Part shown: in pieces, positions 1 through 13,700 of the stretch | Layout: each line of letters starts with the position of its first letter | How positions within the stretch are numbered: the stretch's first letter is position 1 | DNA from: Octopus sinensis | Lineage: Eukaryota | Direction: 5' to 3' | Length of the DNA: 64,000 nucleotides | Assembly: GCF_006345805.1 (NCBI RefSeq) | Contig: NC_042998.1 | Span: 143,158,001-143,222,000, forward strand | The notes under the pieces: model-generated | What the model was told of the DNA's origin: nothing | Seen by the model: the letters and a program-made list of their open reading frames with translations, nothing else | Database searches by the model: none | Program-made: the position numbers and the translations under genes

Positions 1-432
1 CTGACCCAAAGACTTACTCTTTGTAAGTCTAGTACTTATTCTATTGGTCACTTTTGCCAAACTGCTAAGTTACAGGGACATAAACACACCAACATGTCAA
101 ACGATGGTGAAGGGACAAACACAAACACAAAATTATATATACACATATATATACATATACACACAGATATATATATACACAAATATAGATATATATACAC
201 ATATGATGATGATGATGATATATACGCACATATATACATACATATATAACACATACACACACATTATATACATGTGCACATGCACACACACATGCATACG
301 CATACATATAGGGCTTCCTTCAGCCTCTGTCTATCAAATCCATCTGTAAGGCTTTGATCTGCCTGGGGATATAATACAAAAACACTTGCCCAAGGTGCCG
401 TGCAGTGGAACCAAGCCCAAAACCATGTAGTG
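1..432 (-). mobile_element. tRNA-derived SINE family A (type-1 tail), inside the presumed MAU2 3' UTR
   Basis: Reverse complement of the family A head/body and tail, with expanded internal TA/CA microsatellite. Confidence 0.75.
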
Positions 433-892
433 AAAAAAAAATGTAACATATTCACATACATAAGTACATGCATATGTAAAACAAATGTTGGTAATAGTAA
501 TGGAGTGTAACAGATGATGATGATGAAGATGATGATATGATGGTGGTGGTGGTGGTGTACACAGGAGAGAAGACAGGCAGAGAGCAGGAAAAGGAGGCAG
601 GAAGTAGGAGGAAGGAAGGAAGATAGAAGAGAGAGATAAAGTAGAAACTTTTACTTATTTTGTAGTCACCCCCTCCCTCCCCACCCTCTTCTTTTCTGCT
701 TTTCTTTGTCTCTTCTCTGTTTTCACTCCAGGACCATTAAATATCTCCATCACCCCTATTATTTCTTTTTTAAACCTGCACACCACTGCATCATAACATG
801 CAGCAATGCAGGTCAGTTAGGTATTCATTTGATCAGCTGCACAGCCAGTTGGTTAAAACAACAGATGGGAGGGAAGGTTCACCTGCATCTTC

Positions 893-952
893 TCACAAAA
901 TGCTACTGGACACCTCTGATGACAGGTGGAAAGGACACGGACCATCGGTCCA
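893..952 (-). CDS. MAU2: MAU2 last coding exon [19 protein letters not shown]
   Basis: gttttcag|TGG ACC GAT GGT; TGA stop at 895-893; matches human WTDGPPP. Confidence 0.94.
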   Translation of the reverse strand, partial: WTDGPCPFHLSSEVSSSIL

Positions 953-1664
953 CTGAAAACAAAGAAGAAAAAAAGAAAATCAATATAAATAAAACACAAA
1001 CATCGAAGAAATAATATTAGTTTACATGAAACATTGACATATTTTACTTGTTTCAATCTTGAGACTGGTCATGCTGCAGCACTGCCTCTTTTTGCTTCTG
1101 GTTTTTTTTTTTTGTAGTCAAAGAAATCAAGACCAGTACATTTTTTTTTAAAGTACTGGTTACTAGCATTTATTCTATCGGTGTCTTTTACCAAAATGCT
1201 AAGTTACAGGGACATAAACACACTCCAATCAGTTGTCAAGCAATGGTGGGGGACAAACACAAACACTTCACATATATACTCTTACTTGTTTCAGTCATTT
1301 GACTGCAGCCATGTTCGAGTACCGCCTTCAGTTGAGCAAATCGACCCCAGGACTTATTCTTTGTAAGCCCAGTACTTATTTCTATCAGTCTCTTTTGCTG
1401 AACTGTTAAGTTACGGGGCACGCAAACACACCACCATCGGCTGTCAAGCGATGTTGGGGGGACAAGCACAGACACACAAACACATACATATATATATATA
1501 TATATACGACAGGCTTCTTTCAGTTTCTATCTACCAAATCCACTCACAAGGCTTTCGTCGGCCGAGGCTAAAGTAGAAGGCACTTGTCCAAGGTGCCATG
1601 CAGTAGGAATGAACCTGGAACCATGTGGTTGGGAAGCAAGCTACTTACCACACAGCCACTCCTG

Positions 1665-1701
<37 letters not shown>

Positions 1702-4700
1702 TTTTTTCACTTGTTTTAGTCATTTGACTGTGGCCATGCTGGAGCACTGCCTTTAGTTGAACAAATTAACCCCAGGACTTATTCTTTGCAAACCTAGTAC
1801 TTATTCTATTGGTCACTTTGGTGGAAAACACTAAGTTACGAGGACATAAACACACCAACATAGATTGTCAAGCAATGGTGGGGGAACAAACACAGACACA
1901 TACACAATGGGCTTCTTTCAGTTTCAGCCTACCAAATCCACTCACAAGGCTTCGGCTGGTCCAAGGTTTTAGTAGAAGACACTTGCCCAAGGTACCACAG
2001 TGGGACTGAACCTGGAACGATGTGGTTGGTTAGCAAGCTTCTTACCACACAGCTACACCTATATATGTATGTGTGTGTGTGTGTACACACACACAGAGTT
2101 TTGCCTACCAAATCCACTCACAAGGCTATAGTCAACCCGAGGCTATAGTAAATCCATTTGCCTAAGCTATCATGCAGTGGGACTGAACCTGGGACCATGT
2201 GGTTGGCAAGCAAACTTCTTACCACACAACCACACTTGTGCCTATAATATAGGTAAATGACTTTTTAAATTTAGTTTTGAAAAGCCAAAACAATGTGAGA
2301 TATAAGAAGGTAAGACATTGGTCCTAAGCACAAAATGAACAAAATACAAGGTAAAAATACAGATCATTGACTTATGATCATCATCATCATCATTTAATAT
2401 TCAAGTCTTCCTGAGTCTCACTCCTCCACAAGTTCCATCCATTTTAAGTGATCAGCACTTCTGTATACAAGTGTCTACATACATATGCATCACATGACCA
2501 AACAAGTGCAGCCTTCTCTCTTGCACACGGCATTTAATTCATCTTATCCCCAACATTTCCCTCAGTACACTAGCACTGTCACACATTTACACTGACATTG
2601 CACATCAAATATGTATAGTTATATTCTCATAATTACAACAGCTGAGTGAGTAGTGATGCTACTACTACTCTGAGAACATTGGAATACTATTCACATATCC
2701 AAGGCGGAATTGCTACCACAGACACACGCACACACACATACATACAGCATTAGAATATTATTAACAGCATCATTTAGCATCCACTTTTTCATGCCTGCAT
2801 GGGTTAGACAGGATTTCTGGAGATAGATTCTCTATTTCCAGATGCCCTTTCTGTTGCCAACCATCATCTGTTTCCAAGCATTTTTCACAGAAAACTAGAA
2901 ACAAACATTGCTTTGTAACACAATGATACACATTTACAATCATTACATGATGCTAAGATAAGGCTGTACACACACACACACACTACAACTCATATATCTG
3001 GAACATTACTACAACTCCACAGATATACTGCACTGGAGTTATTAACCACATATTTGATACAGTTATGCTACTCCACACTCACACAAACATCCATCATATC
3101 CAAAAACTGATTTAGCAAGGGCGGTGCTATGATTCAAAAATATTTTCTTTTATTATCTCTGCCTCTTCTAACCCTGACAAAACAATATCTGCTCCTCTGA
3201 ACCAGAAAATTACATCCCATTAATCCTACAGCTCCCCTTTCATTAATCTCAATTGGCCACACTCCATGTACCCAACACTAGATGCTGAAAATAAACATTA
3301 TTCTCAATCAGGCTTGAAGGGTCACAGAAACTAATAATATGAAAAAAAAGATGTGTGGTGAAGTGCCTAAGCCATAGTTATGTTTAAGCACTTATGAGCA
3401 TGAGTGCTTTTATTCATACTTACTTGTATTAAGCCATGTTCAGATAACTGTGATGACTGAAAATGATCTTTAAGGAGATCTTGAGAAAAGCTGGTGTGCA
3501 TCCTGTAACCTTCGGCCTCTTTTACCTGGTCCCCACACAAACGATATAGGTCTATAATACAGAAGAAAAAAACAGTTATGAAATTAAGCACATCAACAGT
3601 AATTAGAAATAGCAACACAATCATTATCAACACTACCACAACTATGTCTAGACTGTCACACAACATCCATATGATTAATATGGGATTTTTCAGCTAGGTA
3701 GATGCAACTTGTATACAAGATATGGATCAGTGGAGCACAACTGTTTGATCAAGTATCTTTATGTCTATCATAGCTGTGCTCAATCAAGGTTGACAAGAGT
3801 AACCCAACAACAATAATATTACAGCAAATCAAATGGTCTCTCAATATTGCAGCCATATTTTCCTCAATAAACTCTTCTCTAGCTTTAAAATTGTGACCAA
3901 ATGTTTAAAATCCTGGTTTTTATGGCAGTATCATGTAACAGTGATGACAGGACCAGAGCCAGAATGCTGAAACATAACACATTTCATATCTACAAGACAG
4001 TGGTTCATAGTTGTGAATTGTTCTGACAAGTTTTAAAAGTAATCATCATATCATTGTTCTGCTTAAAATCACAATATTTAGAGAGATTTTATTTCAAACT
4101 TGTACAACTCATGCCAAAGTGGAAAAAGAGATATTAACACTATTTTTACCATATTTCTGTTGAAATACACCGTCAATGTTTCAATGAAATTAGTAAAACA
4201 ACTTTGCTGTTATTTAGCTGGTGTTAGGAAAAAAGGCTTTAATCTAGGTATCTTTTAGACAGGAAGTTTGTATCATTGAACCAAGGGTGGTCCTGAGTGG
4301 GTTGCTATCAAAAGGGTTAAAATAATGAAAGTCTATACTAGAATGGGAAAATAGACATTAAATAGATAAATGAATGAATGTTGTAGCAATGATCCAAAAT
4401 ATATTATCATCACCATTCAATGCATGGGTTAAATGTTTTGTCAGGATCCAATGAGCCAGATGACTGCATTGGCCTCCAGTGTCTGGTATAGCATGGTTTC
4501 TACAGCTGGATGTCTTTCCTAATGCCAACCACTTTACAGAGTGTATTGGGTGATTTTTCCTGTGTGATCAGTATGAGTTAAAGTCATCAAGTAACTTGCA
4601 AGACAAAGGAAAAGCCTACAAGGGGAGGTGGCTTTATGGGAGGTGTTGAAAGGTATGAAAAAGGAACAACTAGAGGAGTCTTGCTTTAGAAGAGATACAT

Positions 4701-7700
4701 GGCTACCACACTGGAAAGAAGATAGAGATATGGCGAACAAGATGTCAGAGCATAAAGATGTTTGGTCACCACAGAAAAATATAAGTAAAGCAAAACAAAA
4801 AAAAACAATAGGGAGAAGGTAAAGAAAACTGGAAAGAGTAACTTCCCTCATTAAGTAATACTAACTTAATTAAAGCATGCAAAATTACCTTTGAGTAATG
4901 AAGAGGCCCAGAGCTGAACATGTACATCCGGGATTTTACCAGCCAACTGCATGGCTGGAGTTACCATGTTCATGGCTTCCTGCAATAGAAAATAAACATG
5001 GCAGATGATAGCAGAGAATGAACTATTCCTAGAGAAATATATAGAAAAAATGAATAACTGAAGTAGAGCTTTACTGTGTGGATTTGTCTGGGATGAAATT
5101 TTGAACTAAGAACATAAAGATTTGGAAGAAATACCACTAAAACTTCTCTCTGACATGCTAATGATACTTCTAACAACAATAATAATAATAATAAAGACAA
5201 ATTGATAGAGTTGTTAGTACATCAGACAAAATGCCTAGCAGCATTTCTTCCAGCTCTGTTTTGAGTTCCAACACCACCAAGCTTTGTCTTTCATCTTTTC
5301 AGGGTCAATGTAACAAATTTCCCTATCCCCATTAAAATTACTGGCTTTCTACCTGAATTTGAATCAAAACAATAATAATAATAATCTTTCATATTATAGC
5401 CATAATTGGTGAAAGGGAACAATCAATTACATCAACCCCAGTGATTTATTTTATCAATCCCGAAAGGATGAACGGCAAAGTCAACCCCAGTGGCATTTGA
5501 ACTCAGAATGTAAAGACAGACAAAATGTCACAAGGCATTTTGCCTAGCAGGGTACCAATTCTGCCAGCTCGCTGCCTTAAACTCAGCAGAAAAGGTTAAA
5601 AGAAGAGACAGAAAGCAGACATTATAAGCCAAGATTTCTTATATGAGTAAAAACAGGGGTGGGTATTGTTGACTGGCTCATACTTATTTTATTGATTTTG
5701 GGTAGAATGAAAGGCAAAGTTGGACCTTAATAAAATTTATACAAAATTAACATCTTAAGATTTGTTTAAATATTAGAAACATAAGAAATATTTGTTTCAC
5801 TGCCACATAAAACACTGGCACTGATTTAGTAACAGTTTATAAACTTCAAACATTTCAACTTCATTCGATAAGTCACAGCTTTATTTGTTGCTGTTGAACC
5901 TAGATCAACTCTGATCCAGCTGCATCATATTGAAAGAGACTCGAGACATGACTTTCCACATCTCAGACTATGTTATCCATGTCCTTCATTAAGACAATAA
6001 GAAACTTTAGTAACTATTTCTAGCAGGCTGAGCAGCCTTGCTGACTCATCCTGTTGTTTTTATAAGAATTTCAAGAAATTCATATTAAGTAAAAAAATTT
6101 AAAAAGTGAATTCTTAGTAACTTTTTCCTGAAATTTCCATAATTTCAAATTCAAGTTTCTAATCCCGTTTTATATAATGACAAAATAATTATCTCCCTTG
6201 TAATAACTGTGCCCATTAGGGGAACCACATGTTCATACTGTTTTTGGTTTTTAAAAATACTAGTGGTAGGTATCAGCAACTGAGTGACACTAGTATATTA
6301 TCACTATATTACAATCCCTTGTCACTGCCACCAACATAAATACAGTGAACCAATGATTGATCTGTCAGTTACTTGTAATCCCTGACACTAATGTACACCA
6401 ATTGTGAAATAAAAATAATATGTCAAAAAACCTTAACCAGAAAATGTGGAACAAATTTTCAAAAATAGCAAAAAAACAAAAATAACGAAAAATAATGATG
6501 CCAAATTATATTTACCCTGCTATTTCCTAATGATAAAAATATATGCCCTAATAAAACCAGTGAACATGATGTTAAACGATTTAAGTCTTCAGCATTGGCC
6601 ATTTTCAGCGTCTCGCGTAGGTAGCGTCTGAAGAAAAAATACAAAGATAAAGAAATGTGGATTAACAAAACCAAATACAAGAAGTGAATAACTACAACAA
6701 TATCCATCTACTTTCATCTTTTTTTTCCACTTAACTACTACCATTCTAAGTGGGGAAAAGAAAAGCATATTCTAGAAGTTCCAGAAGTTTTCTGGAACTT
6801 CCAGAAGTTTTCCATCTTTGATGAAATGTCTCACTTCATAAAATGTTTAATAAGTCAGAGGTTATGTCATGCAGATGATCACTTCAAAAAAGAATGAAAT
6901 AATGCTTCATGATAATCAATGATTTTTATGAACAATGTATGAAGTATAATCAAAAACAAATGTGAGTTCTATGCAACTTTTTCTTTAAATTTCTTCAATT
7001 TCAATTTTCTAGACCTGCATTGAATTATGACAAAATGATTTATCTCCCTCATAATAGCTGTGATAGAGGGACCACAAGTGCATGAAGAATATGAGATGAG
7101 AAAGTCATAAATATTAAAATTTATAGGGAAGAGAAAACAATTATATGACATTCATGCCTTTCTCCAAATGAAATAAATGAAAGAAAATTGTTAAAAGAAC
7201 AGATTAATGTCAAGTTCTAAATTATCTGATGATGATCAGCTACAATATTTTCACATCACCACAGCACACTTCATGTTTAGAAAATATGAACATTCAACTA
7301 TCTTTTTTTTTTATATACTATTTTACATCCATTTTCCAATACCTGCATAAGCAGATTTTTTTTTTCACTGTTGGAATAATTGTTTTTACAGTTGAAGATG
7401 TTTCCTACTATTAAAAATTTAACTGTGAAGATGCAAGACAGATTTGGGGGTATTTTTTTTTATCAATTAGCGTGGAACAAGAGTTATGTACCTTGCTGAG
7501 CAGTACGCTACAAAGGCTAATAAAATATTACTTCCTGACTATTCAATAAGTAATCCAGTACCCTAAATTTTATAACCATTCTATTTTATCTTTGATTTTA
7601 AAGCAAAATTCAACTAAAAGGAAGATAGTTTTAAAACAATAGTTTGAGTACATAGGGAATTGTGTGAACTTCTCTTGATCACAGTTACAAACTCAATTCA

Positions 7701-10700
7701 ACATACCACATATGTATTTCTACATAGATTAAACATCAATATTGATTGCTTATATATAAGCAAAACACTCCATCAGTATTAATCGCTTTTATAAACACAA
7801 AACCTCATTACTGTTAATTGCTTATATAACCACAAATCCTATATAAAAATAAGGTCTCACAGTCATACATTGAAAAGAATTAATGAAGCATGTAAAGTGA
7901 ATTGGCAACTTATAACATGAAGGTATGAAACTAAATGAAGCAACTTATTTTGTTTGTCACTCATTCTACTTAATCCATTGACCTTAATGATCTCTAATAT
8001 AAAGTTATGAGGAATATGTGAGATGAGTTGGTGAAATATGATCTTCACTTGTTGAATCTCACAAAGAGACCAAGACTTCTTGCAATTTGCTGTGCTTAGG
8101 AAGACACATCAAGCTAAGTGAAATCGTGATCATGACCAGCACCGGTGACACATAAAGGGCACCCATGCCAGTAACATGTAAAAGGCACCCAGTGCACTCT
8201 GTAGAGTGGTTGGCATTAAGAAGGGCATCCAGCTGTAAAAACCAAGCCAAAACAAAATGCAGCTTTCCAGCTCCAGCCAAACCATCTAATCCATGTCAAC
8301 ATGTAAAACAGATGCTAAATAATGATGCTAATGCCTCTCTCTCTCTCACACACTCACTTCTACCAAATTCTCTGAGACTGACCAGAAACCATGTGATTGC
8401 AAAGCTAGTTTCTTAACCTTATCTTCAACTTATCTAAAAAAAACAATCATAATCACTGCCATCATCGCCATTTTAATGTCTACAATGGATATAGAAAGTA
8501 ATGTCTGTAGAAAAACAGAAGAGACATTCATTACCACTCTTCCTCTTTTTCTAGCTTTGATACAGCAGAAAATTAATTAACACAGCCAATTAACTTGGGA
8601 AGAAATCATTTTTCGTGCTTTTTCCCCTTTAAAATTCTAACTCTGTTTTTAAAACCTTTTTAGCATTTAAACCAGCCATATTCAGCCCAAATATTGTTTT
8701 ATGTTCAAACCAGCCAGATTTGGCCTCTCACACTACCCTTACAAAGTCATTCTAAAACTAAACAATCACACTGTCAAAAACTCAAAGCTTCAAAATAATG
8801 CATGATTTATTAAAAATGCCAATAAATAAGCATTGCATATGACAGAGTTATCTGAATCCTAAAGGCTAAAACCCCAAGTTTCATTTTAAACAGCATTACT
8901 CACTTGGCTTCATTATAGCCTGCCTGAAAGAATGCCTGCAATCCACGAACATAAAATGCAGAAGCCCGTAAACTGTGCGAGCTGAAAATAAAATAAAGGA
9001 AAATTTTATCAAGAACAAATAGATGAAAGAAACAATAAAGCAAAAATTAATCTTGAGAAAAGTTAATTTCAAGACACACCGCAGGCTTCTTTGGGGGGCA
9101 TTGGATTGCATTACTGAAGCACTTAAATTCTATTCATTCACTTTCTTATATGTGCGTTTCTTACCAATGTGAATTTTACAGTCATCCAGCAATGTTTTTA
9201 ATTAATATTTTAAATCCATTTTTGTACATGAGCGTATTAAGCAAATCTAAAATTTTTTTTTCCCAAAATATTTCACCTGTTTTATGCTCAAACTGGCCAA
9301 CTCTGGCCTCTTACACCAACTCTACAATGTCATTCTAAAAATTAACAGTTATCTCATCAAAATCTTAGAGCTACAAAATTATGCATGAAGCATTACTTTT
9401 GATAGAATAATGTGAATGCTAAAGGGTTAGATAGAATATAAAACAAATTTTTAAAACCACAACAATAATTTTTTTTTCTGAAAACAATACGAAATAGACA
9501 TGTCAATAACTTCATTTATATTATTTACAATTGATGGATATTTGTCCTCATCTTGTTTGTTGTTAACACAACGTTTTGGCTGATATACTCTCCAGCCTTC
9601 ATCAGGTGGCCTGGGGAAATTTCGAACCTGGGTTAACAACAAACAAGATGAGGACAAATATCTGCCAATTGTGAATAATGTCCATAATTCCTCATCTCTT
9701 AAATATAGAACTGTATTGTCAATAACTGTTTCCAAAAGGTTTATAGTTACTTCTAGGAAAATTACTTTTATTTACAGTTTATTTTGTATTTTTAAGTCTT
9801 TCCCTTTTTGATTCCATATATACAAGTTAACTCAGTTTACATCCATGCTGAACTAGAAACTACAAAATCCTTCAGATAACTGAAATTTGCTTGAAGCCTT
9901 GTAAACACACCAGAATGGCATGCTGATAATAGACTTTTTCTCTGAACTTTTGGATTATTTTCTCTCTTACATTTGATAAGGGAAATCACTCCCAATATGT
10001 AATAGGAACATTATTGAACAACTTATGCAAGGTAATACAATAGCTTTTCTTTGTCTTCATTTATTGACATCCCTTTATATATTGTACCTAACTTCATCTG
10101 CATTAAAGATCTTAAAACAATATTCTGTCATTACAACTTTTAATATAATTTTTATTCCAATAAAATGGTTATTATACATACCCGATTCGGCTCATTACTT
10201 CACTGTCTGTTGACAACCTTCTATCTCTAGAAACAACACATTAAGAAACAATGACAGCTATATAAAACAAAGGAGGGAGGTGGTTATGAAGAGAAGGGGA
10301 GGAGGAAATGATCATAGCATTAAATTAAACTTGCCATGTATATATATATATATCACAGTATATGTATATACACCATTAGAAGGCCTGATGCTGCGTAATT
10401 GTCAAGATAAAATTTTTCTATAGGCTTGTGTTGAAAACAATACATATTCAAGCAAGATAAACACCATCAAAGCAGTGATTCACAAGAACAAATGTGTTTG
10501 GTCACTGTTATGCACCTGATTGCCATCTGCTTAAACAATCAACATTACAACTGTCCTTCATTTAAATTCCATGCTAACCCTTTTGATACCAACTCACCCA
10601 AAACTGGCCTGCTTCTAAGATATAAGCTTCCTGTTTTAAGGTGATCTAAATAAAAAACCTTCCATCCAAATTTCATGTTAATGTTCCAGATACCAGCTTA

Positions 10701-13700
10701 ATAATGACAAATTTATTTTACTAAATTCTTTATTATTTTCAAAATCATTTGAAGCAAAGGCATTGTATTTCAACAGAAATGTGATAACAAAAGGTTTAAT
10801 ACTCCTCTTGAACCTTTGTAATTCAAAACCTGCACAAAAGACATGAGCAGGGAGAGTGCTCCAGACAGCTGACATTCTGGGATGGAAGAACTGAATGTAA
10901 GGGTTAGTGTTGGGCTATATAATTCGTAATAATTAAAGTCAGGTGTTGAAAACAACAATTTTATGATTACTTTGTATTTAAATGTGTATTAGCTTTATGA
11001 GATAAAAACTCATTAACTAAAATTTATGCTTATGGAAATAAAGAACAGTTGAAAAATATAACTTACGTGGAAGGAGAAACCTTCTGGGGTGAAACTACTG
11101 TTTCCAGAAGACTTATTAAATCTGTTTGTCTATTTGTTCGTAAATATACAATAGCAAGGTTCAGTTTTACAAATGTTCTTAAATCTACATCGGTAGAAAG
11201 CTGCAAGTAAAAGGATAAAAGAAAAAAATGATGAAAATGAAAAGTTAAACAAAAATATTTGGGTCAGCTCACACACTCAACTAATGATGCCTCTCATCTA
11301 TTTACAAAAGACAGTAAAGGAGGGATTATGTGATTGCTTGACACCTGCTAGAAGTAGAAGCTAAAATCTATTTTGCCCACATTGTGGATAATGTAGTCTG
11401 ACATATGTACTAATGATGATGATTTAGGTCTGAAACATATTTAATAAGTCTGCTAGATCAGAAATGATCAAGGTTCAACAACAAACCGGACTGTGGTTAG
11501 TCAAGTGAAATCAATATATATATATATATTTAAAGTTAAGGTGGCAAGCTGGTAGAATCACTAGCATCCAGGTAAAATGCTTAGCAGCATTTCATCAGTC
11601 TGAGATCAAATACTACCAAGGTTGACTTTGTTTTACGTCCTTTTGGGGTCAATAAAATAAGTAACAGTTGGGCACTGGGGTTAATGTAATCCACTTTCAA
11701 CTTCCTCTGAAATTGCTGGCCTGGTGCCAAAATTTGAAACGAATTTATATGTAAAGTTCACCAATTGTTACAAAATCAATGCCTGCATTTAATGTGGCAG
11801 ATGAATAAATATTTCTGTTTTGATCATTTAAGCAAATCTTAAAAAGCTTATTTTCTATGAATTTTATCGAAGATCAATTTTACCTTTTGTTCCACAGAGG
11901 CAACTTGTGTGATTTGCCTACCTTACAGTTCTGTGATGAGGAAACAACATCGAAGAGAGGAAATGGCTCTTGTACCATACTCTAGTTAACACATTCAACA
12001 GATCAGATTTCTTCCAAATGAAGATTTAAAGCAGATAGTTCTACCAATAAGAGATACTTGGTACATTTCATTTTAATTTTGTCTCAACACTGGTCCAGCA
12101 ACAACAGTTGTAGCTGTTTAAACCAAGCAGATGTCTGATCAATTGATGACATTTCAACCATCTTTTAATAAAATATAGAGGACTACTTTAGCTGAGGTGT
12201 CCAAGCATTCCATATCAAGATGTTAGAATTTGAGTTAAGAGAAATTTAGCTATTATTTCTAGCAGGTTAGTCAACTGCATAGCAACTCCCTTATTCTTAG
12301 ATTTATACAGTGGAGCATTATTTTACTTTGATTCTTAAAACTGAATATCACTTCAATGAAAGAGAACTTCTAGAGAATATAAAATCAGTGAATTAGCCCC
12401 CCCCCCCAAAAAAAAACAAATAAAAAATGTAATATGTTTAACATCTACAGAATTTTTGCCTAACATAAATGAAGGTTGAATTTGCAGCAGAAAACTTACT
12501 TTAAAAGCTGTATTAAACTGTGACTCTGCTGCCTCCATACAGTTCATAGACATAGCATAAAGGCCCTAGAAGGAGGGAAGAGACAGAAAATAATAATAAA
12601 AGTACATGAAAAGCTTTTATGTCGTGTGTATGCATGTGTTTCAATGAATGTTACCTTTATGTACAATAAGTATGTCTTATACATGAAGCTTCAACCTTAA
12701 ACAGGAAAAAAATATGAAGTTGTGACATTAGTTTGTTTGTTTTACATCTATTTTTCCATGTTGTCATGGGTTAGATCAGTGGTTCTCAATCATTTTTTGC
12801 CTACAGACCCCTTTGATCTCTATTTTACTAAGATAGACCCTCCTGGTCATGCAATGTTTAAAAATATCCTATTATATTTTTTATAATTAAATATTATCAG
12901 GAACTGTATTAAAAAAATAAAATATTTTGTGTATTGTAAAAGTATAACCAATTTATTGCAGATAAATTTTAACAACAAAATCTTATAAGGACCCTCAAGT
13001 GCCCTATAGACTCTGGTTGAGAACCCCTGTATTAGATGAATACATATAACCAAAGGATTGTTCTGCAGCTGGATGCCCTTCCCGTTGCTAATCTTTATCT
13101 GTTTTTCAAATAAGGGAGTTTCCAATCAACTCATCTTCAAGACCACAAAGCTACTGGGTAATTTGTTGATGAGGAAATGTCAACCAATAATACCATCTGC
13201 AGCTCAGCTCAGCACAGAATGTAAAACATTCACACAGATTCAAATATATATATATACATAAGATATGTGTGTATATGAGTTAAAACAAACAACGAAGAAA
13301 TACAAAGAAACTAAAGACAGGTCACTCACTAATAGTGTGTGTATTTGAGCTCCATGAGTTGAAAATAACCTGGGTTGTTGTTGGCAGACATTACAAGCCT
13401 GGAAGATCTGAAAGGAGACAGAAAATGTAAATAAATATTATTATTATTATTATATAGTCATTACATTAATTTTTAAAATATAATACAGTCATTATTATGG
13501 TGCTTTTCACACACACAAACACACTCATGCAACATTAATCACTCCTGCTAACCCTTATCCATCATTTACTAGATCCAACTCTCACATTTGTTCTTCCTTC
13601 ATTAAATTCACCTCCTCATCCATATCCCATCTCTCATAATCCCATACACACCCCCACAACCTCTACCCACCCACACTCCTGATTCTTCTGTTTTAACTCA

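Noticed and set aside
44-349. ORFs rich in Y/I/T/H/C/V (and similar ones elsewhere in the track)
   Set aside because: Translations of TA/CA microsatellites inside SINEs.
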